A DNA stretch of 64,000 nucleotides from Candidatus Dojkabacteria bacterium (GCA_030583685.1 CP129470.1:20345-84344); one strand, 5' to 3'; positions 39,575-49,072 are shown, counted from the first letter of the stretch. The notes: generated by a model from the letters alone, not told the origin. A program made the numbers and translations.

Positions 39575-41245
39575 ATGCATACAGAACAAATACTGAAAGA
39601 GACATTGGGGTTAACCGATTATCAAACTCTCGTTTATCTCTCGCTTATTGAGAAATCCGCTACCGCAGGACAGCTGTTTCGACGGTTGAATATTAATCGT
39701 GCAACACTTTATCGAATTCTTGAAGAATTAGTCACGCTGAGCTTAGCAATACGAAAACAAATCAAATCGCGAATGTACTTTGAGGCGCTTCATCCAGACG
39801 CATTAATGGATTTGTACGAGAAACGAAGAATCTCATACGAAGAAAAGGGAAGACTGCTTGAGCGAACAGTTCATGAGCTACTTCACAAAGCGCAGTCACA
39901 ACCACTCGATGCGTCAATCACCATTGAGAAAGGAATCTCTGCACATTACAAAAAAATGAGACTGAAAATGTCCTGTAAAGAAAAAATTATTAGGATGAAA
40001 GTAAATAATGATTCAAATATTTACGATTACACTGAATACCCCGAAGGAAAAGATTATCTGTCTTTTTTATCAAAATTCACCAAACACTGCGCTGAAAATG
40101 ATATTTTCACGAAACTCCTAGTTCACACCAATCTTTCGACATCAATGCGAGATGTTAATATCTCAAATCCATTTGAACTAAAAGAATCACGAATTTTACC
40201 AGCTGAAATACTTCCTACCGTAAGTTTTGAAGTATTTGATGACTACACAATCTTCACCGTACGAAACGATAAACCTGAAGAAATGGTCGTTATTACAATT
40301 CGGAACCAAATTACCGCAGATCTCATGAAATCTCTTTATGACTTTATTTTTGAAAGAAGCATTCAAACCTATAAAGATAGCCCCGTTCCCACCTTTAAAA
40401 CCAACGGAAATGCCAATCTACCGTTGATTGGCATTGGTACCTCAGGAATTGGAGGCTACTGGTACGGTGCGAACCCCTATGTTGATGACACCAGTGATGT
40501 TGATAAACTTCGTCACGCTATGAGTAAAGGTATACGCTATATTGATGCCTGTTTGATGTATGCTGACGGGCACGCGGTAGAATTGATTGCCAAAGCGATT
40601 AAGAATATCGCAAGGAGCGATCTTTTTATTAATGGAAAACTGACACGTGTTGGAGGTATCCCACTCAAAAACGCACGAGAAATAGCGGAACAGTGCGATC
40701 AGTACCTGAAAAAACTTGGAATTGATTACCTTGACCAGTTTCAAATTCACAGCTTGCGAACATTAGGAGATGTCCCTCAGGAAGAGGCAATTGAGCAAAT
40801 TGGAAACCTCATTACTGCGGGAAAAGTACGGTACTGGGGCGTGAGTAACTATGACATGGAAAATCTGAAAATTGCGATGTCTGTTATTAAAGAACCAATT
40901 CATTCAAACGAAATTCCTTTTGGTGTATTCGCCAGAGAGTATGAAAAGAATGGAACACTCGACTTTATGAGAACGCATGGAATTACCACAATTGCTTACT
41001 TCACTGTAAAAAAAGGTGGAATGCTTGTTGATACCTTTTTTAATTCAGATGAAGATTCTATTCTCCAGCAATTAGCTAAAAAGTACCAAAAAACTCCGAC
41101 ACAAATTGCTATTAATTGGGTCACTCACCATCCACGTACTATGGCGGTTATAAAAGCGACCAACGGAACACACATCAACGAAAATGTTGCTGCAGTGGGG
41201 TGGAAAATGGAGGAAGCGGACTATCGAGCAATAGGGGAAACGTGA
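39575..41245 (+). CDS. Fusion of TrmB-like wHTH transcriptional regulator (N-terminus) with aldo/keto reductase (C-terminus)
   Basis: N-terminal LTDYQTLVYLSLIEKSATAGQLFRRLNINRATLYRILEEL (TrmB-type HTH). C-terminal AKR motifs IGIGTSGIGG, YIDACLMYADGH (catalytic Y/D region), K, WGVSNY. Confidence 0.7.
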   Translation: MHTEQILKETLGLTDYQTLVYLSLIEKSATAGQLFRRLNINRATLYRILEELVTLSLAIRKQIKSRMYFEALHPDALMDLYEKRRISYEEKGRLLERTVHELLHKAQSQPLDASITIEKGISAHYKKMRLKMSCKEKIIRMKVNNDSNIYDYTEYPEGKDYLSFLSKFTKHCAENDIFTKLLVHTNLSTSMRDVNISNPFELKESRILPAEILPTVSFEVFDDYTIFTVRNDKPEEMVVITIRNQITADLMKSLYDFIFERSIQTYKDSPVPTFKTNGNANLPLIGIGTSGIGGYWYGANPYVDDTSDVDKLRHAMSKGIRYIDACLMYADGHAVELIAKAIKNIARSDLFINGKLTRVGGIPLKNAREIAEQCDQYLKKLGIDYLDQFQIHSLRTLGDVPQEEAIEQIGNLITAGKVRYWGVSNYDMENLKIAMSVIKEPIHSNEIPFGVFAREYEKNGTLDFMRTHGITTIAYFTVKKGGMLVDTFFNSDEDSILQQLAKKYQKTPTQIAINWVTHHPRTMAVIKATNGTHINENVAAVGWKMEEADYRAIGET

Positions 41246-41257
41246 TTTACATAGAAA

Positions 41258-41965
41258 TTATGTTCGAAACATGTCTTTTATATACTGTGGTTGAAGAGCC
41301 AACAAGACAGGTACTCTATTTGTAGATTGCTGTATATTACTTGCCTTTTTCCGAATTTTCCCATGTGGATTTTCGTTTTGTATAATCTCCCATTTTACAA
41401 AACACTCCTGTAAGAAAGCACTTATTGCCTCAGAATTGGGAAACGAACTATAAAAACTCATAGTTTTATTCTCGAATTTCCTCGGAAGTGTTGTGCAGGA
41501 AAACGGTATAACGGCTCCATCAGTAAATTCAATCTGAAAATCAACCATGCTCTCTGACCGGTCAGCTGCGCTGCCTATTTGAATTTCTTTAACTGCACTA
41601 AGATTTGAGAAGTTCAAAATGACATAGGCTTGGCATGCCATTTTTTCTAGGAGGTTTCGAAATGGAACAATTTTCTCTTTAGGTGCTTTAGCTCTATTAA
41701 ATTCGATGATTTTAGCTCTAAAATACCTTCTTTCCTCTCGTCCCGATATCATTTTGTGTAAAATTGTCAGTTCAATGGTTCGTAATTCAGTCTGTCGTAA
41801 AACAACTTCCAAAGCAGGTATCTGCAAATATCGCTTATATAGTTTATCAATATCTTGTTGGTAAGGTTCAAACGAAAATTTGATTTTTTCTTTTTTTCCT
41901 GTCAAATATAACTCTCTTTCTCCCATATTACCGCGTATTATACCAAATTTGACCATTCTTTGCAC
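41258..41965 (-). CDS. Hypothetical protein
   Basis: 235-aa ORF, no motif recognised; good coding periodicity. Confidence 0.3.
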   Translation of the reverse strand: MQRMVKFGIIRGNMGERELYLTGKKEKIKFSFEPYQQDIDKLYKRYLQIPALEVVLRQTELRTIELTILHKMISGREERRYFRAKIIEFNRAKAPKEKIVPFRNLLEKMACQAYVILNFSNLSAVKEIQIGSAADRSESMVDFQIEFTDGAVIPFSCTTLPRKFENKTMSFYSSFPNSEAISAFLQECFVKWEIIQNENPHGKIRKKASNIQQSTNRVPVLLALQPQYIKDMFRT

Positions 41966-42007
41966 GTCTTATATACTTGTAAGACATAAACTGATTGCCC
42001 CGAACTC

Positions 42008-43495
42008 ATGCAAGAACAATATCTTTATCTTGGAAACGAAGAAGTATACAACGGCCAATATATGCTTACGGTCTTTAAATTGGTCCCCTATGGTGACATT
42101 AGTCTAGAAGATGTTGCTTCTGAAATCGCAGCAGAATCCTCGACTGGCTCAAACCTCAAGGTCGGAACAATGACACCATATTCCCAAGGAATTGACGCGA
42201 GAGTCTATAAAATTGATAAGGAGAAAAATCTTGCGTATATTGCATACCCCTGGAGCATGTTCGACCGAGTCGGAAATGTTCAGAATATTCTCACATTTAT
42301 CGCTGGAAATGTATTTGGTGTTTCAGAAGTTAAAGAATGCAAACTCCTTGATGTGTGGTTTCCTCCGCAAATGCTTTCTCAATACGATGGGCCATCAGTA
42401 ACCCTTGATGATATGCGTGATTACTTGCAGAATTATGATAGACCTGTTCTTGGAACAATCATCAAACCAAAGATTGGGTTAACGTCAACTGAGTACGCAG
42501 AAGTTTGTTACGATTATTGGGTTGGAGGGGGAGATTTCGTGAAAAACGATGAACCTCAAGCCGATCAAGTCTTTTCTCCATACGAAAAAATGGTAGTGTC
42601 GGTTCGTGAAGCAATGGATAGAGCAGAGGATGTCACTGGCCATACGAAAGTACACTCCTTCAACGTTTCCGCTGCAGACTTTGACACAATGCTGAAACGC
42701 GCAGAATATGTTGCATCTGTAATGAAACCGGGAAGTTATGCCTTCCTCGTTGATGGCATTACTGCAGGCTGGACTGCGGTACAAACGATTCGCCGTCACT
42801 TTCCGAATGTATTCCTCCATTTTCACCGCGCAGGACATGGGGCATTCACTCGACGAGAGAATCCAATTGGTTATTCAGTTCTTGTACTTTCCAAGTTCGC
42901 TCGTTTAGCTGGCGCTTCAGGAATCCACACAGGAACTGCAGGAATCGGTAAAATGGCAGGAGATGCAGTAGAGGACATCACTGCGGCACAAAATATTCTC
43001 AGACTGCGCGCAAAAGGAATCGCTTTTGACCAAACATGGAGTGAAATTCCAGAAACAGATTTAGACATCCAAGCAGCAATCAAGAAAGAGGAAGAATTGT
43101 GGTCACAGGGAGCGCAAGGGATTATGAAATCTCGCAGCGACGGACTCGATACCGTTCTTGAGAGAAAAACTTCATGGAGATTAATCAACAAAACTGCACC
43201 AATCATCTCAGGAGGGCTCAACCCTGTCTTGTTACCGCAATTTATTGATACGATTGGAACGATTGACTTTATTACCACCATGGGCGGAGGAGTTCATTCT
43301 CATCCAGACGGAACGACCAAAGGAACAATGGCGGTTGTACAAGCATTTGAAGCCTGGAAAAATGAAATTCCACTCGCAGAATATGCAAAAGATCACCCAG
43401 AGCTTGCAAAGGCAATTGAATACTACGACAAACACGGCACACAAGCACATCGAGCAGAAAACAAAGCTGTGTACAACAACGAAGAAGCAGTATAA
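42008..43495 (+). CDS. rbcL: Ribulose-1,5-bisphosphate carboxylase/oxygenase large subunit, form II/III (archaeal/CPR-type), catalytic residues intact
   Basis: GTIIKPKIGL (K175 region), GGGDFVKNDEPQ (carbamylated Lys plus D/E metal ligands), HFHRAGHG (H294/R295), GIHTGTAGIGKMAG (H327/K334), C-terminal GGGVHSHP. No small subunit in the window. Confidence 0.85.
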   Translation: MQEQYLYLGNEEVYNGQYMLTVFKLVPYGDISLEDVASEIAAESSTGSNLKVGTMTPYSQGIDARVYKIDKEKNLAYIAYPWSMFDRVGNVQNILTFIAGNVFGVSEVKECKLLDVWFPPQMLSQYDGPSVTLDDMRDYLQNYDRPVLGTIIKPKIGLTSTEYAEVCYDYWVGGGDFVKNDEPQADQVFSPYEKMVVSVREAMDRAEDVTGHTKVHSFNVSAADFDTMLKRAEYVASVMKPGSYAFLVDGITAGWTAVQTIRRHFPNVFLHFHRAGHGAFTRRENPIGYSVLVLSKFARLAGASGIHTGTAGIGKMAGDAVEDITAAQNILRLRAKGIAFDQTWSEIPETDLDIQAAIKKEEELWSQGAQGIMKSRSDGLDTVLERKTSWRLINKTAPIISGGLNPVLLPQFIDTIGTIDFITTMGGGVHSHPDGTTKGTMAVVQAFEAWKNEIPLAEYAKDHPELAKAIEYYDKHGTQAHRAENKAVYNNEEAV

Positions 43496-43501
43496 TAGTA
43501 G

Positions 43502-44689
43502 ATGCAACAGCCACTCGCCTCGCGAATGAGGCCAACTTCTTTGGTTGGTTTTGTCGGGCAACAAGAGATTATTGGGGAAAACGCACCACTCACAAAACTT
43601 ATTACACATAACAAAGTCCCCAGTATGGTCTTTTGGGGTCCTCCAGGCACGGGAAAAACAACCTTGGCAGAAATTATTGCACACGAAGTTTCTGCAGACT
43701 TTCAACGACTTTCTGCAGTGACAGAAGGCAAAGACGCACTCAAAAAGATTATTTCAACAGCGCAAAAAAACAAAGAACAAGAACGACAAACTATTCTTTT
43801 CATCGATGAAATTCACAGGTGGAATAAAGCACAGCAAGATGCACTGCTGCCCTATGTTGAGAATGGCACAATCATACTCATTGGGGCAACAACCGAAAAC
43901 CCAAGTTTTAGTATTATAGCTCCGTTATTATCTCGAACCCGAGTCTTCATATTTAAAGAACATACACCAGAAGCTATCCAAACAAAACTACGTGAAGCAG
44001 CTGAACACCTTAACGTAAAACTTTCGTCCGATGTATCTACCTATATCAGCGATCTAGCCCATGGAGACCTACGTTTTGCGCTCAACTCGTTTGAAATTGC
44101 GATACAAATTGCTGGAAAAAAAACTCTCACAAAAGAAATAGTAGAGGTCGCCATGCAACGATATCTTCGCTATGATAAAAACGGTGAAGAACACTACAAC
44201 ATTATTTCCGCAGTTCATAAAAGTTTGCGCTCGAGTAACGCCACAGCAGCTGTATACTGGATAGTTCGAATGCTTGAAGCAGGAGAAGACCCACTGTATA
44301 TCGCTCGTCGCTTAGTTCGTTTTGCTTCAGAAGATATTGGGAATGCGCAGACAAATGCACTACTACTCGCGAATCAGGTCTTTCAAACGTGTAAAAATAT
44401 TGGCATGCCTGAATGTGGAGTAGCCTTAGTGCAACTCGCTGAATACCTCGCAAAAGCTCCAAAGAATAATGCCGCATACAACGCATATCAACAAGCAGTC
44501 TCCGATGTAAAGAAGTATGGTGCGCTCGGTGTTCCTCTCCATTTACGCAATGCACCAACCGCTTTCATGAAAGACATCGGGTACGGAAGAGGATACGAAT
44601 ATGATCACGACTTAACATCAAAAAAATCAGAGCAAGAATGTCTTCCCGATGAACTGAAAGGGAGGAATTACTTTACGGACTCGGAGTAA
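43502..44689 (+). CDS. rarA: Replication-associated recombination protein A (AAA+ ATPase RarA/MgsA)
   Basis: MRP.SL..FVGQ N-terminus, Walker A GPPGTGKTTLA, Walker B ILFIDEIHR, sensor and C-terminal MgsA helical domain. Confidence 0.9.
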   Translation: MQQPLASRMRPTSLVGFVGQQEIIGENAPLTKLITHNKVPSMVFWGPPGTGKTTLAEIIAHEVSADFQRLSAVTEGKDALKKIISTAQKNKEQERQTILFIDEIHRWNKAQQDALLPYVENGTIILIGATTENPSFSIIAPLLSRTRVFIFKEHTPEAIQTKLREAAEHLNVKLSSDVSTYISDLAHGDLRFALNSFEIAIQIAGKKTLTKEIVEVAMQRYLRYDKNGEEHYNIISAVHKSLRSSNATAAVYWIVRMLEAGEDPLYIARRLVRFASEDIGNAQTNALLLANQVFQTCKNIGMPECGVALVQLAEYLAKAPKNNAAYNAYQQAVSDVKKYGALGVPLHLRNAPTAFMKDIGYGRGYEYDHDLTSKKSEQECLPDELKGRNYFTDSE

Positions 44690-45554
44690 CTATGTTTTCC
44701 TCAACTTCAGCAGGAAAAAACCATTCATATATTTCGTTCATATATTCAGTATCAACATCCCAATGCGTCTTTCCCTTCAGTGTCACCAATTCAAGCGGCA
44801 CAGAGTGCTTTTTGAAATACGTTGCTAATTCCTCAGCTACCCAATAGGGAACATTCACGTCAGCCGTTCCATGCCAAACCTTCAATCTGACTTGGCTGAA
44901 TTGTTTGATTTGCGCTGCGGAGTATGTTTCAATTTGCTGTGCAGGCGCAAGGAGTGCAATTTTTTTCACTTCTTTTGGATATGTCACCACATGACGCATC
45001 GCAGGCATTCCACCCATGCTAAAGCCTAGAATATACACGTTTCCTGAGGTCGGATAGCGATCCTGTACCCATTTAATGAGCGCTCTTGAATCTTCGACTG
45101 CAACGATTCGACCAAAATTATCCCCATGCTGGTTTGAAGCCAGAAAAGCAACATTTCTTTCTGTAAAGAAAGAACCGTATTCACGCATATTTTTCATAAC
45201 TTGCTCAGAAAAATTCGTAGTAATTCTTTGCGTTGAACCGTGATAGTACATAACTATTGCTGGTGGCTTATCCTCCTGTATTTTCATTGGATAGGCTACA
45301 TATCCCTGTTCTCCACCGAGCTTTGGCGTTTTCTCAAAAAAATGCTCAGCGCCAGGTGCTGCTTTTTCCTCGAACATGATGGTAACAGGAGTGGGTTCAG
45401 GAGTTGTCGGCAGAGGGGTTGGCGTGATGGTCTCTGGATTATCTTGTTGTTGCTCATCTCTGTTAACGGATAATTGTCCCGAAAAGTAAAGCATTGCGAA
45501 CACAATAAGTGAGAAGAGGGTCAACAGGAGTGAAGCGTGAAGTAATCCTTTCAT
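44673..45554 (-). CDS. Secreted/anchored alpha/beta-hydrolase (esterase/S9-like) with Pro/Thr-rich linker
   Basis: N-terminal hydrophobic anchor, TPTPLPTTPEPTPVT linker, nucleophile elbow ILGFSMGG (GxSxG), downstream Asp and His (HWD). Confidence 0.65.
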   Translation of the reverse strand: MKGLLHASLLLTLFSLIVFAMLYFSGQLSVNRDEQQQDNPETITPTPLPTTPEPTPVTIMFEEKAAPGAEHFFEKTPKLGGEQGYVAYPMKIQEDKPPAIVMYYHGSTQRITTNFSEQVMKNMREYGSFFTERNVAFLASNQHGDNFGRIVAVEDSRALIKWVQDRYPTSGNVYILGFSMGGMPAMRHVVTYPKEVKKIALLAPAQQIETYSAAQIKQFSQVRLKVWHGTADVNVPYWVAEELATYFKKHSVPLELVTLKGKTHWDVDTEYMNEIYEWFFPAEVEENIVTPSP

Positions 45555-46321
45555 TTTTGATTATACGCTACCATTGCAGAGAGAGCTATAAACCATTAGA
45601 ATGTGCTATGCCCGATCAATTTATTTCCTCCATGACTCACCATCTCAATCAAGAAATCACCTTGGTTTTATCGAAAAAAACATCACGTGCGTTTGAGCAA
45701 ATTGAAGCAACATACCCAGTGTATTTAAAAAAAGTCACAAAACATGACACGAGCATCGAAATAAGTTGTGTTCCCGTTGGCAGTTCCGTCAAGCAAGCCT
45801 TCTTGACTGTAAGAATTCCAATAACTGCTCACTTTATTCAAAAACAGGACAATTCCTGGAGAATACACTATGAAGAAGATTCGTTTACACGTATCGTTAC
45901 GCTTGTATTCCCAAAACCTCAGTATCAGCCATCACGAGATATCACTTCAAGTAAACCAAGTAAACCACTCATTAAAGAATTCAAAAATGCCCACGGCAAG
46001 GTTGAGAGAATATATGTTGAGACCCATGCACCGGAAGTTACGCTGTCCTATTTGAAAAAAGTGCAGGAATTATTGGAAAAACTTCTCCGCCACTGGTATA
46101 GCGTCACAATCACCTCCAATAACACTGAACTTTCTCGGCTTTCGATATTCAAAAAAATGGAGTTACTCCTTATCCCGGGTAACCCCCTCTTTGAGGCCAC
46201 TTTTCTCTCTGATGAAGAGGAATTTATTACAGAGATCCCGGCTTCCTTCAAAATTGATTTGGTTAAAAATGAGATTTCTTTCACTGTCGATCGTGATTCT
46301 ATAACTATTCGGAAAAAATAA
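45509..46321 (+). CDS. Hypothetical protein (probable true start at the internal MPDQFISS Met)
   Basis: ORF only; no motif recognised. Confidence 0.3.
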   Translation: MRRGSTGVKREVILSFLIIRYHCRESYKPLECAMPDQFISSMTHHLNQEITLVLSKKTSRAFEQIEATYPVYLKKVTKHDTSIEISCVPVGSSVKQAFLTVRIPITAHFIQKQDNSWRIHYEEDSFTRIVTLVFPKPQYQPSRDITSSKPSKPLIKEFKNAHGKVERIYVETHAPEVTLSYLKKVQELLEKLLRHWYSVTITSNNTELSRLSIFKKMELLLIPGNPLFEATFLSDEEEFITEIPASFKIDLVKNEISFTVDRDSITIRKK

Positions 46322-46322
46322 C

Positions 46323-47309
46323 ATGCAACTGCCTAGATTACCTTTCTTTCTTTCGTATTTTGTCTTCGGAGTAACAATCATTGCATTGCTTGGGTATTCC
46401 GGATTTTTTTCTGAGAATCTTCCCTGGTTCTATCTCATCAACACCCCAGGACAGCTCCTTGTTATTCCTTTACTCCTTCACGCTTTCTATACTTACTTTG
46501 CAAAACAGAACAAATTATTTTTGGTCTCAGCCTGCTGTGTCGTAATTATCTTTTTGCTCGTCTCTTATCTCCCGGGAAGGGAATTCCCCGTAAAAGCACC
46601 TGCAACTGATACGGTAACTTCAAGAATTTGTTCTCTCAATACAGGATATTTTTTCGAAACATACGAAGAAGAGGCCTTTAAAAAGCTGCAACCACGCGCC
46701 TGTGATGTACTCATACTTCAGGAAGTCTGGGCTTCAAGCACCTATGTACCGATACTACGCGAACTTCGAGAACGATATTATCCAGACCATTATGTCGTCA
46801 ATTATGGTGAATATGTAGTTTTTTACCCAAAGGCATGGACCGTAACACTCTCACCAAGTAGTGAAGGAGGGTTTCTTGCCCTACAGGTTCGAGGAAACAA
46901 GCATTTTACCTTACTCAATGTTCATTTATGGAATCCGATTACTCACAAGCCTAAAATTGACCCTAACGATGTAATTACCGCTATTCCCGCGCATCTCGCA
47001 AGAAAACTGCAAGAAACAGAACTACAAGAAAAAATCGACTCACTTCTCAAGAAAAATGAACCAATGCTTATCATAGGAGATTTCAATGCCTTATCAAATG
47101 CAGCAATCATACAAAATCTTGCAAAAAATACTCGCGAGATAAAGGTAGCTCTTTTACAGAATAAAAACACCTATCCGTCAAGACATCCTTTTATCAAAAT
47201 TGATTATGCATTTACGACAGTTCCAAGATATTCTTCAGAAAAACAGACAATTATTTGTGACTACGTGCTCTCTGACCACTGTTTGCTGATCTTAGATATC
47301 GTGTTATAA
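46323..47309 (+). CDS. Membrane-anchored endonuclease/exonuclease/phosphatase (EEP) family protein
   Basis: Three N-terminal TM helices, then EEP motifs: CDVLILQEVW (Glu), IIGDFNA (Asp-x-Asn), SDHCLLILD (catalytic His). Confidence 0.65.
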   Translation: MQLPRLPFFLSYFVFGVTIIALLGYSGFFSENLPWFYLINTPGQLLVIPLLLHAFYTYFAKQNKLFLVSACCVVIIFLLVSYLPGREFPVKAPATDTVTSRICSLNTGYFFETYEEEAFKKLQPRACDVLILQEVWASSTYVPILRELRERYYPDHYVVNYGEYVVFYPKAWTVTLSPSSEGGFLALQVRGNKHFTLLNVHLWNPITHKPKIDPNDVITAIPAHLARKLQETELQEKIDSLLKKNEPMLIIGDFNALSNAAIIQNLAKNTREIKVALLQNKNTYPSRHPFIKIDYAFTTVPRYSSEKQTIICDYVLSDHCLLILDIVL

Positions 47310-47325
47310 TTATCCACTATTGACC

Positions 47326-47402
47326 GGGCAGCTAGCTCAGCTGGTTAGAGCACTTCATTGACATTGAAGAGGTCACAAGTTCGAATCTTGTGCTGCCCAC
47401 CA
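47326..47402 (+). tRNA. tRNA-Val (anticodon GAC) with encoded CCA
   Basis: Acceptor GGGCAGC/GCTGCCC, D-arm TAGCTCAGCTGGTTAGAGCA, anticodon loop TTGACAT, T-loop GGTTCGAATCC, 3' ACCA. Confidence 0.85.
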
Positions 47403-47431
47403 CGACAAATCATTACAGGATACTATTAAAA

Positions 47432-47460
47432 TTGTCCCTCTCTTGACATTGGTGTATAAT
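47432..47460 (+). promoter_or_regulatory. Predicted sigma70-type promoter of surface-protein gene 1 (-35 TTGTCC, 17-nt spacer, -10 TATAAT within the GGTGTATAATTG motif)
   Basis: Hexamers read directly from the sequence; the same GGTGTATAATTG motif recurs upstream of the paralog at 49031-49042. Confidence 0.35.
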
Positions 47461-47492
47461 TGTTAACCTTAATTTATTTATATAAGGTCACT

Positions 47493-48950
47493 ATGCTTAG
47501 ATTTCAACAGCTTATAGCGAAAACACTTTCCGTTGTTTTACTCTTTTCTTTATATGTAGCGGCACCACTCTTTTCCTTTGCTGCAAACAATCCAACTAGC
47601 GCATATAATGACAAAAAGGACAATTCAAAGGTAGAAATTTGTCATAGAACAAGTTCCAAGAATAATCCATACGTGTATGTAAAAATCTCTAAGAATGCAC
47701 AGCACACACACGAAGATCATCATCAAGATTTTGCTTACAAGGGACCAAAAAATCCCTCTCAGAAGACTGGAGATAACTGGTGTAATGATAATGCACCAGA
47801 AAACAACCATGAGGATGAAGATGAGGATGAAGATGAAGACAAAAAGGATAAGAAGGACAAGAAAGTCAACATTTGTCATGCGACAGGAAGCAACAGTAAC
47901 CCTTATGTCGCAATTTCAGTTGAAAAGAGCTCACTGACTGCACACCTTTCTCATGGAGACTTTCTCTATTTTGGTCCACTAAAACACGGCAAGATTGACG
48001 ATAAAAAGGGCGATAAATGGTGCCGCGACAACGCTCCTGAGCCAACAGGAACGCCAACCGATACACCGACCGATACACCAACCGATACACCAACTGATAC
48101 ACCAACTGATACACCAACCGACACACCAACCGACACACCAACTGACACGCCAACTGATACTCCAACCGATACACCGACCGACACACCAACTGATACGCCA
48201 ACTGATACTCCAACTGACACTCCAACCGATACACCGACTGACACGCCAACTGATACTCCAACCGATACACCGACCGACACACCAACTGATACGCCAACTG
48301 ACACTCCAACCGATACACCGACTGACACGCCAACTGACAAGCCAACTGATACTCCTGTGGAAACAACACTTCCTCCCGTAACCACAACCACTGTACCAAC
48401 CACTCCTCCAGGTGGTGGAGGAAACCCTCCAGTCATTGTCAATTTGCCCCCAGTTACTACTCCAACCCCAGACGTTCAGGGAGAAACAACTGATCCTGAG
48501 CCTGAGGTGTTAGGAGCACTCAGCTGTGCAAACCCAGTCAAACTCGTCGGTATTACCTATGTAGACGAAAATAAGAACGGTGCCTATGACTTCGGTGAGG
48601 ATTTATTATCCAATATCACGGGTAAAGTGACATACACCGAAAACGATGTTGAATACTTTGTTGGCTACTTCATCAGTGATAATGAAGGTCGCTGGGAACT
48701 TCCCGTTTGTCCTCGAGAATACGATGTAACCATCAATAGAGGCTCAATTCCACAAGGAATTATGGATAGTGAAGAAGTTCACAAGGTAACAGTACTTGCG
48801 ACTCAACCAGAGACACTACTCTTTATGGCGTTGCTCATAACAACGTCCTGGACCTGGTCTTGGTGGTGGCTCCTCCTTGCGTTATTCATTCTCGCAGTCA
48901 TCTATTACCTTTATAGAAGAAGAAGGCAATATATCGCAGATAACACCTAA
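47493..48950 (+). CDS. Cell-surface protein: signal peptide, two ICH-x-T-S-x3-NPYV repeat modules, acidic DEDEDEDEDKKDKKDKK stretch, about 25 TPTD tandem repeats, SdrD-B-like Ca-binding domain (YVDENKNGAYDFGED), C-terminal W-rich TM anchor
   Basis: All elements seen directly in the translation. ATG at 47493 preferred over the upstream TTG at 47460 because of promoter placement. Confidence 0.6.
   Translation: MLRFQQLIAKTLSVVLLFSLYVAAPLFSFAANNPTSAYNDKKDNSKVEICHRTSSKNNPYVYVKISKNAQHTHEDHHQDFAYKGPKNPSQKTGDNWCNDNAPENNHEDEDEDEDEDKKDKKDKKVNICHATGSNSNPYVAISVEKSSLTAHLSHGDFLYFGPLKHGKIDDKKGDKWCRDNAPEPTGTPTDTPTDTPTDTPTDTPTDTPTDTPTDTPTDTPTDTPTDTPTDTPTDTPTDTPTDTPTDTPTDTPTDTPTDTPTDTPTDTPTDTPTDTPTDTPTDKPTDTPVETTLPPVTTTTVPTTPPGGGGNPPVIVNLPPVTTPTPDVQGETTDPEPEVLGALSCANPVKLVGITYVDENKNGAYDFGEDLLSNITGKVTYTENDVEYFVGYFISDNEGRWELPVCPREYDVTINRGSIPQGIMDSEEVHKVTVLATQPETLLFMALLITTSWTWSWWWLLLALFILAVIYYLYRRRRQYIADNT
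48051..48353 (+). repeat. Perfect in-frame 12-nt tandem repeat (ACNGAYACNCCR)n encoding (TPTD)n, about 25 units
   Basis: Visible periodicity gataca-cca/ccg-ac(c/t); synonymous-site variation only; generates spurious ORFs on the opposite strand. Confidence 0.9.
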
Positions 48951-49012
48951 AGAAAACGAGGGCGGGTTATCTAACCAATAAGAGATCATTGCGTTGTACA
49001 AATTTAACTGTC

Positions 49013-49039
49013 TTGACAAATCATATTTGGGTGTATAAT
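49013..49039 (+). promoter_or_regulatory. Predicted sigma70-type promoter of surface-protein gene 2 (-35 TTGACA, 15-nt spacer, -10 TATAAT inside GGTGTATAATTG)
   Basis: Hexamers read from the sequence; the -10 context is identical to the paralog promoter; ATG 34 nt downstream. Confidence 0.4.
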
Positions 49040-49072
49040 TGAGTAACACAAGCTTAATTATATAGGCCAGTT

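Noticed and set aside
47443-47448. Perfect TTGACA hexamer upstream of surface-protein gene 1
   Set aside because: Only 6 nt separate it from the TATAAT hexamer, so it cannot serve as the -35 element. The properly spaced TTGTCC at 47432-47437 was used instead.
48051-48353. Considered whether the regular short repeats could be a CRISPR array
   Set aside because: Units are 12 nt with no unique spacers, are in-frame within a long ORF, and encode a PT-type linker. No cas genes anywhere in the window.
47866-48442. Two long minus-strand ORFs (177 and 158 aa) plus a 128-aa plus-strand ORF made of repetitive VGVSVG/QLACQ/HQPIHQ peptides
   Set aside because: They lie entirely inside the (TPTD)n 12-nt tandem repeat of the surface-protein gene. 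Repeats keep every frame open, so these are translation artefacts, not genes.
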